Shown here in pieces: positions 53,431-62,996 of a stretch of 64,000 nt of DNA. Source of the DNA: Deltaproteobacteria bacterium (lineage in GTDB: Bacteria; Desulfobacterota; Binatia; UBA9968). Each line of letters starts with the position of its first letter. Position 1 is the first letter of the stretch. The translations under genes and the position numbers were made by a program. The notes beneath the pieces were generated by a model. That model was not told the origin of the DNA, did not search any database, and worked only from the letters and a program-made list of their open reading frames with translations. The stretch is taken from contig JAHFAO010000002.1 in NCBI GenBank assembly GCA_023250515.1, forward strand, positions 2,361-66,360. Reading direction: 5' to 3'.

Positions 53431-54756
53431 ATGGATGAGTTGTGGGAAGCGGCTTTAAAGCAACTCCGCGAGCGGTTGGGAAACCAGAACTTTGAGACGT
53501 GGATTCAACCCATTAGTGTGCGCGAGAGGCACGGTGAGCAGATCCATCTCGAAGTCCCAAATAAGTTTTTCCGTGATTGGTTACTCGAGCATTTCCTCAA
53601 GTCCATTGAGGAAACTCTTTCTATTCTGTCTCGTCAGACCGTGAAGGTTTCCATTAGCATCAACCAACAATTGGACACAAGCAGGGTTATAGAAAAGAGA
53701 GCTGGGCGGGAGAAATATCAGCCTATAAGAATCAGTAGCCTCGTCCCGAAATACAACTTTGAAAATTTTGTTGTTGGCGCCAGTAATCAATTTGCCCATG
53801 CTGCCTCTCTAGCAGTAGCTAACCAACCAGGAGAACATTACAATCCTCTCTTTATATACGGGGGGGTAGGGCTGGGTAAAACCCATTTGATCAACGCCAT
53901 CGGCCACAGGATTTTAGAGAGGCGTCCAGCGCTGAAGGTCCTCTACCTTAGCTCGGAGTCCTTCATGAATGAGCTTATAGCGTCACTCAGGAGAGATAAA
54001 ATGGACGAGTTTAAAACTCGCTTTCGGAACATGGATGCTCTGATCCTAGATGACATACAGTTCATCGCAGGTAAGGAAAGAACGCAAGAAGAGTTCTTTC
54101 ATACGTTCAACTCGCTTTATGAATCTCACAAGCAGATAATCCTCACCTCAGATAAGTTTCCCAAGGAAATCCCAGAGTTGGAGGATCGACTCAGGAACCG
54201 CTTCGAATGGGGCCTGATTGCGGATATACAAGCACCAGATATGGAGACGAGGGTCGCAATCTTGCAGAAGAAAGCCGAGCAGGAGGGTGTCCCGTTGCCC
54301 CATGAGGTGGCTCTCTTTTTAGCGACGCATATAGATTCCAACGTAAGGGAGCTAGAGGGTTCTCTCACCCGTTTAGGGGCCTTTGCATCCTTGACCAAGG
54401 CACCCATCACGGTCGATTTAGCCAAGGAGGTGCTTCAGAATACCCTTAAGGGAGCTCAGAGAGAGGTTACGATAGAAAACATTCAAAAGACTATTTGCGA
54501 TTATTTCAATATAAAGGTGGGAGATCTCAAAGCGAAAAGAAGGACCAAAGATATTGCCTTACCAAGACAGGTCGCTATGTATCTCTGCCGGAAATACACA
54601 TCAACTTCCTTCCCTGCGATCGGTTACAAGTTTGGCGGCAGGGACCACTCCACGGTAATTCATGCCTCCAGAACTATCGAGAAGAGAATAAAGGAAGATC
54701 CACACATGCAGGCAACCGTCGAAAAGTTAGAGAAAAATTTACAGCTGAAAAGATAA
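53431..54756 (+). CDS. dnaA: Chromosomal replication initiator DnaA
   Basis: Walker A 'GGVGLGKTHL', 'LILDDIQF' and a C-terminal DNA-binding 'FGGRDHSTVIHA'. Confidence 0.97.
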   Translation: MDELWEAALKQLRERLGNQNFETWIQPISVRERHGEQIHLEVPNKFFRDWLLEHFLKSIEETLSILSRQTVKVSISINQQLDTSRVIEKRAGREKYQPIRISSLVPKYNFENFVVGASNQFAHAASLAVANQPGEHYNPLFIYGGVGLGKTHLINAIGHRILERRPALKVLYLSSESFMNELIASLRRDKMDEFKTRFRNMDALILDDIQFIAGKERTQEEFFHTFNSLYESHKQIILTSDKFPKEIPELEDRLRNRFEWGLIADIQAPDMETRVAILQKKAEQEGVPLPHEVALFLATHIDSNVRELEGSLTRLGAFASLTKAPITVDLAKEVLQNTLKGAQREVTIENIQKTICDYFNIKVGDLKAKRRTKDIALPRQVAMYLCRKYTSTSFPAIGYKFGGRDHSTVIHASRTIEKRIKEDPHMQATVEKLEKNLQLKR

Positions 54757-54757
54757 T

Positions 54758-54962
54758 TGGGGATAAACTGTGGGTAGCAAGAGGGAAGGTGTGAATAAAA
54801 TGTCTTAGCAACGTTATTTTAATATCTTGCCGTGAAAAGTCAGCAAATTAAAAATTGTTAACCACAACCGAACACGTTCTCTAGATTAGGTATTTCACCC
54901 TTTTGAACATTATTCACAGCCCTACTATTACTAGTAAATCTAATAATAATTAGAAGATATAC
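54758..54962. other. Candidate oriC module (DnaA-box cluster plus AT-rich unwinding tract) in the dnaA-dnaN spacer
   Basis: Four 9-mers, each one mismatch from TTATCCACA or its complement: TGGGGATAA 54758, TGTGAATAA 54790, TTAACCACA 54858, TTATTCACA 54910. Followed by the AT-rich stretch 54921-54962. Confidence 0.55.
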
Positions 54963-54974
54963 TTAGGAGGGTTT

Positions 54975-56078
54975 ATGGAGTTCAAAGCTAAGCGAGGAGA
55001 TCTTCTCGCAACGCTTTATTGGGCACAAGGTATCGTTGAACGTCGCAATACTATGCCTATTTTGGCCAATGTACTCATTGAATCCAACAAGGGGAATATT
55101 CGAATAACGGCGACAGACCTTGAAGTCGGGGTAAGAGGCAGTTTTGATGGTGAAGTATCTCAAGAAGGAATGGTTACTGTTAATGCAAAGAAATTATACG
55201 AAATTGTTCGCGAAGCTCCCGAGGAAACACTTCAATTAAAACGACTAGAAAATGAGTGGGTGGAGATTAAAAGCGGGAAATCGATTTTTAAGATCGTAGG
55301 CATGGATTCTCGGGAGTTTCCCCAGTTTCCTAAGTTTGACGGAGAAAAGCTATCTGCTACACCAGCAAGCGTTATCAAGGAAATGATTGAAAAAACTATT
55401 TTTTCTGTCTCTACGGACGAGACTCGTTACAGTCTGAACGGGGTCTTTATAGAAGAAAGAGGAGAGGGTAAGGTCCGGATGGTTTCAACGGATGGACATC
55501 GTTTGTCCTTAATCGAGAGGGGAATAGGGTCTCTGGGGTTAGAAAAGGGAGTCATTCTTCCGCGCAAAGGTCTCGGGGAACTTAGAAAACTTTTAGAGGG
55601 AGCCGAAGGGGTAGTCTCTATCGGGTTTAAAGAAAATATGGGGTTGGTTATCAAAGACAATGTAGAGCTTTTTATGCGTCTCATTGAGGGCGATTTCCCA
55701 GATTATAGTAAGGTAATACCCAAAGATAATCCCCATTTAGTGAAAATGGAACAAGAGATACTCCTGCAAGTCCTTCGACGGGTCTCTATCCTCTCGAGTG
55801 AGCGGTATAAAGGAGTTAAGATGGAACTCAAAGAAGGCAGGATATCGATCTCGGCGAACAACCCGGATCTGGGAGAGGCAGTTGAAGAAATCGATGTAGA
55901 CTATCGAGGAAGACTATTAACTGTTGGGTTTAATGCCCGCTACCTCATTGATGTCCTTAGTGTGCTGGGGACTGCCGGAGATGTAGAGTTCCAGCTTAGG
56001 GATGAGCTCAGCCCGAGCCTCATTAGAAAGGAAGGTGATGAAGGGTACCTCTATGTCGTTATGCCGATGAGGCTCTAG
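54975..56078 (+). CDS. dnaN: DNA polymerase III beta sliding clamp
   Basis: 367 aa with three-domain clamp pattern 'PILANVLIE', 'ATDLEV' and C-terminal 'YVVMPMRL'. AGGAGG SD upstream. Confidence 0.95.
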   Translation: MEFKAKRGDLLATLYWAQGIVERRNTMPILANVLIESNKGNIRITATDLEVGVRGSFDGEVSQEGMVTVNAKKLYEIVREAPEETLQLKRLENEWVEIKSGKSIFKIVGMDSREFPQFPKFDGEKLSATPASVIKEMIEKTIFSVSTDETRYSLNGVFIEERGEGKVRMVSTDGHRLSLIERGIGSLGLEKGVILPRKGLGELRKLLEGAEGVVSIGFKENMGLVIKDNVELFMRLIEGDFPDYSKVIPKDNPHLVKMEQEILLQVLRRVSILSSERYKGVKMELKEGRISISANNPDLGEAVEEIDVDYRGRLLTVGFNARYLIDVLSVLGTAGDVEFQLRDELSPSLIRKEGDEGYLYVVMPMRL

Positions 56079-56087
56079 CGATGAAAT

Positions 56088-56951
56088 CTAGCTTCTATAT
56101 TTTGAGTCAAGAGCGTATTTTTCCTCCAAGCCCACGATGTCGTGAAACTCATTGAACGAAATGAGGCAGTCAAGAATCCCTTGAGTCGTACCCCGCGCAC
56201 GTAAAGCCGAATAGACGTCCTGCAGAGCCTTCGCCGAAGCGTAGAGGGGGCCTAGCGGCCAGACAACTAATTGAAATCCGAGCTCTCGTAGCTCGTCCGG
56301 CCCCATAAGTGGGGTGACGCCCCGCTCAATCATGTTCGCAACAAGCGGGCCGGGAACGTGGCGAGCGATTTCTCGCATTTCCTCTTTACTTTCCGGTGCT
56401 TCGATGAAGACCGCATCCACCCCGGCTTCACTAAAGGCAATACCGCGATCAATTGCGTCCTTAAGTCCTAAGGCCTGACGTGCATCGCTGCGGGCAACTA
56501 TAAAAAGATCCCCTTCTTCTCGTGCCTGGATGGCCGCAGCGAGTTTCTTTAGATACTCTTCGAGGGGAATAACCTGTTTTCCTCTCATGTGACCACACCG
56601 CTTAGGCCAAACTTGGTCCTCTAGAAACATGCCAGCCGCGCCGGCGTGGATAAGCTCCTTTACAGTACGCATAACGTTGATCGCGTTACCGTATCCCGTA
56701 TCGGCATCGACAATCACGGGATTTTCTACCGTGCCACAAATTCGCTGCGCCGCCGTCAGCATCTCTGTTTGAGTGAGAAGTCCAAAGTCTGGTTCTCCCA
56801 GTAGAGTAGCAGAGAGGCTGTATCCAGTAATGAAAATTACCTCAAACCCGGTTCGCGAAGCTATCCGAGCGCTGAGGCAATCATAGACCCCGGGCATGAG
56901 GAGGAGTCCTTCTTTCTTTAAGAAGTCACGGATTCGTTGCGCCTTGTTCAT
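56088..56951 (-). CDS. Isocitrate lyase/PEP mutase family enzyme (methylisocitrate lyase / carboxyvinyl-carboxyphosphonate phosphorylmutase-like)
   Basis: 'PGVYDCLSARI', 'DADTGYGN' and the family signature 'KRCGH'. Confidence 0.8.
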   Translation of the reverse strand: MNKAQRIRDFLKKEGLLLMPGVYDCLSARIASRTGFEVIFITGYSLSATLLGEPDFGLLTQTEMLTAAQRICGTVENPVIVDADTGYGNAINVMRTVKELIHAGAAGMFLEDQVWPKRCGHMRGKQVIPLEEYLKKLAAAIQAREEGDLFIVARSDARQALGLKDAIDRGIAFSEAGVDAVFIEAPESKEEMREIARHVPGPLVANMIERGVTPLMGPDELRELGFQLVVWPLGPLYASAKALQDVYSALRARGTTQGILDCLISFNEFHDIVGLEEKYALDSKYRS

Positions 56952-57047
56952 AATCCCTCCTATATACTACCTATATGAAGAATGATTAAAATAAAATAAC
57001 ATTATACTTAATAAAATTAAGATCTTTAGCTTCTTTATAAAAAGGGC

Positions 57048-57076
57048 TTGACAATTACTTAGAATTAACGTATGAA
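57048..57076 (+). promoter_or_regulatory. Candidate sigma-70 promoter for the Lrp-family gene
   Basis: TTGACA-N17-TATGAA in an AT-rich divergent intergenic region. Confidence 0.35.
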
Positions 57077-57115
57077 ATCAAGGCAATAACCAAAAGAAAG
57101 CTAATAAAATTAACT

Positions 57116-57640
57116 TTGCCAGACAGCATTGATATAAAAATTCTCTCGATCCTTCAATACCACGGACGTCGCCACCTTGCGGAGATTGCTAAGGAGGTGA
57201 ATCTTTCACCACCGGCCGTTATGGAACGAGTAAAGAAGCTAGAAGCACGCGGCATCATCAAAAGTTACCACGCCGTTGTTGATGCGAAAAAGGTAGGTAA
57301 AAATATCACGGCTTTTATTGGAGTGTCCATAAGTCACCAGCGCCATATTGAAAGTTTTTGCTTGCAGATGGCGGGCAGGGAAGATGTCCTTGAATGTCAT
57401 CATGTAACAGGGGATGAAAGCTTTATTCTTAAAGTGAAGACGGCCGATACGGCATCCCTCGAAAAACTCCTCGCTGAAATCCGCTCGATGGAGGGAGTAT
57501 CACGGACTGTGACCAAAGTGGTTCTGTCGACTTCGAGAGAAACGCAGGTTCTCTCGTTAGAAAAGGCGATTCAGGAATCCGCCGAGACGAGCAAGGCCTT
57601 GGGGATGGAGAAGAAAACAGGCGACTCACGGGCACCTTGA
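57116..57640 (+). CDS. Lrp/AsnC family transcriptional regulator
   Basis: 'DIKILSILQYHGRRHLAEIAKEVNLSPPAVMERVKKLE' HTH plus a RAM/AsnC_trans_reg C-domain. TTG start. Confidence 0.85.
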   Translation: MPDSIDIKILSILQYHGRRHLAEIAKEVNLSPPAVMERVKKLEARGIIKSYHAVVDAKKVGKNITAFIGVSISHQRHIESFCLQMAGREDVLECHHVTGDESFILKVKTADTASLEKLLAEIRSMEGVSRTVTKVVLSTSRETQVLSLEKAIQESAETSKALGMEKKTGDSRAP

Positions 57641-57657
57641 GGAAGAAATAGCTTTTT

Positions 57658-60600
57658 ATGGGGCTTAACTTTCCAATTCTGAAAAATTCCCTTTACAACG
57701 CGGAGTTCGAACACGACGCCTGTGGGGTCGGTTTCATTGCGGACATTGGGGGAAACAAAAGCCACAAGATTCTTGTCCACGGGATACGCTCGGTCATCAA
57801 TCTCACCCACAGGGGCGCCGTGGATGCGGACGCGAAAACCGGGGATGGCGCGGGTGTGCTCACCCAAATTCCCCCTAGGCTTTTTGCCAAAGAGCTGGAA
57901 AGGCTGGGATCGCATTTAAGCGATTCTAATGACCTTGGGATCGGGATGATTTTCCTGCCCCGCAAGGACCCAGAAGCCCAGAAGATCTCGAAGGCCATTA
58001 TTGAGAACGCAATCCGACAGCAGGGCCTTATCTTCCTCGGCTGGAGAGAGGTCCCGGTGAACGCCGATGAACTTGGCGAAAAGGCAAGGGAGACTCAACC
58101 TGAGATCCAGCAGGCGCTAATCGGGAAGCTGGGGGGAGTCGACAGTGAAAAATTCGAGCGCACGCTTTATCTCACTCGCAAGGTGATTGAGCGCGAGGCA
58201 ACAAGCCACGGCCTAACCGATCTCTACATCCCGTCTTTTTCCCACCGGACTGTGGTCTATAAGGCTCTGGTCGTGGCGCCTCAACTAGAGCGCTTTTATC
58301 TCGATCTCGCCAACCCTGACTTCGAAACCTCTCTTTGCCTCTTTCACCAGCGCTATAGCACGAATACGTTCCCAACATGGTCCCTAGCCCAACCTATGCG
58401 CATGCTTGGCCACAACGGTGAGATCAATACCCTTAAGGGAAACCGCAACTGGATGCATGCGAGAGAAGCCGAGATGGGGTCGGGGGTGTGGGGCGGCAAG
58501 ATAGAGAAGCTTAAACCCATTATTACTGAAGGGGGAAGCGACTCGACTAGCCTTGACAATACGCTGGAGCTGCTAACCCTATCTGGAAGGACCATCCTAC
58601 ACTCAACGTTAATGCTTATTCCCGAGGCCTATCAGCGAATGCCGCACATGGATGGCGAACTGCGTAACCTTTATGAATATCTCTCTTGCATCAGCGAACC
58701 CTGGGATGGTCCGGCAGCTTTGGCCTTTTCCGACGGCGTCATCGTGGGAGCGGTGCTCGACCGCAATGGGCTCAGACCGGCACGTTATAAGATCACAAAG
58801 GAGGGTGTCATCATCATGGCCTCTGAAGTGGGGGTTCTAGAGATCCCGGACTCACAGGTCATTGAGAAAGGGAGACTGGGTCCAGGGCATATGATCGCCG
58901 TGGATACTGCTCGGGGCAGACTGTTACGGAATGACGAGATCAAAAAGGAGGTTGCCCGGCAGAAGCCTTACGGTCAGTGGCTGAAAGAGAATCTCTTGCG
59001 TGTGGATGCACATGCCTTGAATCAGGAAGAGCCGTGCTCCACCATGGAGCCGGTAGAACTGGTTCGCCACCAAAAGGCCTTTGGTTATGCTGAAGAAGAG
59101 TTGGAGGTCATTATCTCTCCCATGGTCACGGACGCCAAAGAGCCGGTCGGATCCATGGGCGATGACACGCCGCTTTCTGTCCTATCAAAGAGGCCCAGGC
59201 TCCTTTACACCTACTTTAAACAGCTCTTTGCCCAGGTTACCAATCCTCCCATAGACTCCCTGCGGGAAGAGTTGGTGATGTCACTCAACACGGCCCTGGG
59301 CTATCGCCGGAGCCTTTTGGAAGAGACACCCGAACATGCCAGGCAGATCAAGTTCTCTAGCCCGATCCTGAGCCAGCAGGAGATGGAGTGGCTCAAAGGG
59401 TTGCCTGAAAGCATGACCCGTGGAAGCAACGGCCAGCCGGTCCTCACCTCGGCGCTGCTGCTAGCCCTCTTCCCCGCTGCGGAAGGAGCCCAGGGCCTGG
59501 AAGCGGCCCTGGAAAAGCTGTGTCAGGCCGCGGTCCAGGCCGTTGATGAGGGGAAGAGTATCCTGATCCTTAGCGACCGAGGCGTGAGTTCAATACGTGC
59601 CCCCATTCCCATGCTCCTTGCCGTCGGAGCGGTGCATCACCATTTGATTCGGCAGGGAAAGAGGATGAGAGCGAGCCTCGTGGTCGAAACCGGCGAAGCA
59701 AGAGAGGAACACCACTTCGCGTGCCTGCTCGGTTACGGCGCGAGCATGATCCATCCCTATGTGACCTTTGAGACTATTCTCCGCCTGTTAGAGAACGGCT
59801 CGGAAAATGGTGACGGCATCAATGGACTGGACGCCCGAAGAGCGCTGCAGAATTATAAGAAGGCTATCGAGCACGGGATCTTGAAGATCATGTCCAAGAT
59901 GGGGATTTCAACCCTCTCGAGCTATCGCGGCGCGCAGATCTTCGAGGCGATAGGAATCAACAAGGGTGTCATCGATAAGTATTTTACGGGGACGGCGTCA
60001 CGGATCGAGGGAGCCGGCTTGGGCGAGATTGCGGCGGAGGTGCTGAAATTTCACCAAGCCGCTTTCGGCATCGCTCAACCTAGACTGCAGCAAGAAGGTT
60101 TCTACCGTTACCGCAAAACCGGTGAATACCACGCTTTTAACCCGGACGTCTTTAAGTCCATGCATAAGATGGTGAAAAGTGGCGCGCCCAAGGATTACCA
60201 GACCTACGCCAAGGCTGTCGATGAGCGTCCGCCGACAACGATACGCGATCTCTTGAGATTCAGGCCGAGAAAGCCGATTCCGATCGAAGAGGTGGAGCCG
60301 ATCGAGGGAATCCTGAAGCGCTTCACCACGGGTTCGATTTCCCACGGTGCACTCGGTCGCGAGGCTCATGAAACCCTGGCTATCGCGATGAACCGTCTAG
60401 GAGCAAAGAGCGGCAGCGGTGAAGGGGGAGAGGACCCGTCGCGCTACCACCGTAAACCCAACGGAGATTGGGCCAATAGCGCCATCAAGCAGGTAGCTTC
60501 AGCACGCTTCGGCGTCACACCCGAATATTTGGCATCTGCCATCGAGCTGGAGATTAAGATGGCGCAGGGATCGAAGCCAGGCGAGGGGGGCCAACTGCCT

Positions 60601-62232
60601 GGCCATAAGGTCTCTGTTGAGATCGCCAATATCCGTCACTCCGTCCCCGGGGTTGCGCTCATTTCGCCTCCACCACACCACGATATTTACAGCATTGAGG
60701 ATTTAGCCCAGCTCATCTATGACCTGAAGCAGTCCAATCCGCGCGCTAAGGTTGCGGTGAAGCTTGTTGCCGAGGCAGGCGTGGGAACGATTGCGGCGGG
60801 TGTCGCCAAAGCCTATGCCGACGTGATCCAGATCTCAGGGCACGACGGAGGCACCGGGGCCTCGCCTGTGGGCTCGATCAAGAACGCGGGGATGCCGTGG
60901 GAACTAGGCCTGGCCGAAACTCAACAGGTATTGGTTTTGAACAATCTCCGCGAGCGAGTGATTCTCCGGACCGATGGCGGCTTCAGAACCGCCCGAGATG
61001 TCATCATGGGCGCCATCCTCGGTGCCGAGCAGTACGGCTTCGGCACTGCTGCCGTGGTGGCGATGGGCTGCGTTATGGCGCGCCAGTGCCATCTCAACAC
61101 CTGTCCTGTTGGGGTGGCGACACAAAACCCCGAACTTCGGGCGAAGTTCCCCGGCACTCCGGAGATGGTGGTAAACTTTTTTACGCTTATCGCTCAGGGC
61201 GTCCGGCGCATGCTTGCGGAACTCGGGTTCAGAAAAATGGAAGAGGTCATAGGCCGCGTTGATCTGTTGGAGCAGAAACCCGTGGAGGATCCCTCTAAGG
61301 CCATGAAGCTAGACTTAACCCCGATCCTGGCGGCGGTAGACCCTACCTGGACACGGCCCAGGTATCACACCCGGGAGAGAAACGACCGGAAGGATAAGCC
61401 TCTCGACGAAAGGATTCTGAAGGATGCCAAGGAGGCGCTGGAAGGAAACGGCTCGGTCGAGCTATTCTACAAAGTCCGCAACATCCACCGCGCTGTAAGC
61501 ACGCGTGTGGCCGGGGAGGTTGCGCATCGGTATGGGGATACAGGACTACCTCCCGGAACGATCCAGTGCCATTTTGAGGGGAGTGCGGGGCAGAGCTTTG
61601 GCGCCTTCTGTATTCGTGGACTCAGACTTTTCCTGAATGGAGAGGCCAATGACTACGTTGGGAAGGGGATGGGTGGGGGGGAGATCATCATCCGACCAGG
61701 GAAAGGCGCGCGGTTCCGTTCGCACGAGAACGTCATCATCGGCAATACTGTCATGTACGGTGCCACCGGGGGATTCCTCTATGTCGCGGGAAGGGCCGGA
61801 GAGCGCTTCTGCGTGCGCAATAGTGGCGCTATTGCGGTGATTGAGGGCGTGGGAGACCACGGTTGTGAGTATATGACGGGCGGGGTGGTCGTGGTCCTAG
61901 GCGAGACTGGACGTAACTTCGGTGCCGGTATGACCGGAGGCTTAGCCTATGTGCTTGATGAAAGGGAAGAGTTTGCACTGAAATATAACCCTCAGCTCGT
62001 CGGGTTGGAACGGGTAGGGAGCGGGGAAGACCGCGACCTGCTGCGGAACCTTATCCTAAGACATCAGGACTTAACCAAGAGCCAAAGGTCAAAGGAGATC
62101 TTGGCTCGTTGGGACCATTACCTGCCGCTTTTCTGGAAGGTCTCACCTCTCTCAGAAGCGGGGAGGCTGTCCATTGCCAAGATCAGCCAGCTTATGGAAG
62201 AGCCCTCCGAGGAAGTCACCGCAACAGCTTAG
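57658..62232 (+). CDS. gltB: Glutamate synthase large subunit
   Basis: 1524 aa. Ntn amidotransferase 'HDACGVGF', an FMN/3Fe-4S central domain and a C-terminal GXGXG beta-helix ('GGEIIIRP'). Confidence 0.95.
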   Translation: MGLNFPILKNSLYNAEFEHDACGVGFIADIGGNKSHKILVHGIRSVINLTHRGAVDADAKTGDGAGVLTQIPPRLFAKELERLGSHLSDSNDLGIGMIFLPRKDPEAQKISKAIIENAIRQQGLIFLGWREVPVNADELGEKARETQPEIQQALIGKLGGVDSEKFERTLYLTRKVIEREATSHGLTDLYIPSFSHRTVVYKALVVAPQLERFYLDLANPDFETSLCLFHQRYSTNTFPTWSLAQPMRMLGHNGEINTLKGNRNWMHAREAEMGSGVWGGKIEKLKPIITEGGSDSTSLDNTLELLTLSGRTILHSTLMLIPEAYQRMPHMDGELRNLYEYLSCISEPWDGPAALAFSDGVIVGAVLDRNGLRPARYKITKEGVIIMASEVGVLEIPDSQVIEKGRLGPGHMIAVDTARGRLLRNDEIKKEVARQKPYGQWLKENLLRVDAHALNQEEPCSTMEPVELVRHQKAFGYAEEELEVIISPMVTDAKEPVGSMGDDTPLSVLSKRPRLLYTYFKQLFAQVTNPPIDSLREELVMSLNTALGYRRSLLEETPEHARQIKFSSPILSQQEMEWLKGLPESMTRGSNGQPVLTSALLLALFPAAEGAQGLEAALEKLCQAAVQAVDEGKSILILSDRGVSSIRAPIPMLLAVGAVHHHLIRQGKRMRASLVVETGEAREEHHFACLLGYGASMIHPYVTFETILRLLENGSENGDGINGLDARRALQNYKKAIEHGILKIMSKMGISTLSSYRGAQIFEAIGINKGVIDKYFTGTASRIEGAGLGEIAAEVLKFHQAAFGIAQPRLQQEGFYRYRKTGEYHAFNPDVFKSMHKMVKSGAPKDYQTYAKAVDERPPTTIRDLLRFRPRKPIPIEEVEPIEGILKRFTTGSISHGALGREAHETLAIAMNRLGAKSGSGEGGEDPSRYHRKPNGDWANSAIKQVASARFGVTPEYLASAIELEIKMAQGSKPGEGGQLPGHKVSVEIANIRHSVPGVALISPPPHHDIYSIEDLAQLIYDLKQSNPRAKVAVKLVAEAGVGTIAAGVAKAYADVIQISGHDGGTGASPVGSIKNAGMPWELGLAETQQVLVLNNLRERVILRTDGGFRTARDVIMGAILGAEQYGFGTAAVVAMGCVMARQCHLNTCPVGVATQNPELRAKFPGTPEMVVNFFTLIAQGVRRMLAELGFRKMEEVIGRVDLLEQKPVEDPSKAMKLDLTPILAAVDPTWTRPRYHTRERNDRKDKPLDERILKDAKEALEGNGSVELFYKVRNIHRAVSTRVAGEVAHRYGDTGLPPGTIQCHFEGSAGQSFGAFCIRGLRLFLNGEANDYVGKGMGGGEIIIRPGKGARFRSHENVIIGNTVMYGATGGFLYVAGRAGERFCVRNSGAIAVIEGVGDHGCEYMTGGVVVVLGETGRNFGAGMTGGLAYVLDEREEFALKYNPQLVGLERVGSGEDRDLLRNLILRHQDLTKSQRSKEILARWDHYLPLFWKVSPLSEAGRLSIAKISQLMEEPSEEVTATA

Positions 62233-62282
62233 CTCCGCCCATCAGCTCCTCAGGCTTTGATCTACCGCAAGAGCTTCGTAGC

Positions 62283-62996
62283 TCAGAAATTCTCTACATA
62301 GGGGCGGATATCGATCTCGTGCGTCCAGGCATTTCTGGGCTGCTTGAAGGCGTGGATGATGGCGTCGGCAATAGCGTCGGGAGGAATCACTGTTTCTGTT
62401 GCCCGGTTCGGATCCCGGGCGCGGAGCCTGGGGGTATCGATCTGTCCGTCCACGATCACGTGGACTATATGAATCCCTTTGGGGTGAAATTCGCGGGCGA
62501 GCGATTGGCCCAGAATGCGTAGCGAGGATTTCGCAATGGCAAGAGGAGCAAAGCCGGCACGGCCGCGCAGGGATGCTGTGGCACCGGTTAAAGAGATAAA
62601 ACCGTGGCCGGCCTTAAGCATGTCCGGAATGACGGCCTGGGCCAGATGGACCGCACCCATCGTCCCAACCTCGAACGATTGGCGGATCACTTCCGGGTCA
62701 AGATCGAGAAAATTCCCCCGGCCAAAACCGCTTGCGTTGTAAGCCAGGATAGCAATTGTCCCAAGCTCTGAACGAATTTTATCTACGGCCTGAAAGGCTG
62801 CCTTACGGTTAGTAACATCCACAGGCACCACTAGCGCTTTCCCTTTATTAGCCCGGATCTGGGCCGCAACAGACTCGCTGGATTCGGATCGGCGTGAGAG
62901 AAGGCCAACCGAGTAGCCCTCTCTACTGAAGGCGCGAGCGAGGGATGCTCCCAGCCCAGGACCTACCCCGGCGACAATAGCTGTCTCCATATGCAT
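62283..62996 (-). CDS. Short-chain dehydrogenase/reductase (SDR)
   Basis: 'AIVAGVGPGLGASLARAF' Rossmann motif and 'NASG'. 237 aa. Confidence 0.85.
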   Translation of the reverse strand: MHMETAIVAGVGPGLGASLARAFSREGYSVGLLSRRSESSESVAAQIRANKGKALVVPVDVTNRKAAFQAVDKIRSELGTIAILAYNASGFGRGNFLDLDPEVIRQSFEVGTMGAVHLAQAVIPDMLKAGHGFISLTGATASLRGRAGFAPLAIAKSSLRILGQSLAREFHPKGIHIVHVIVDGQIDTPRLRARDPNRATETVIPPDAIADAIIHAFKQPRNAWTHEIDIRPYVENF

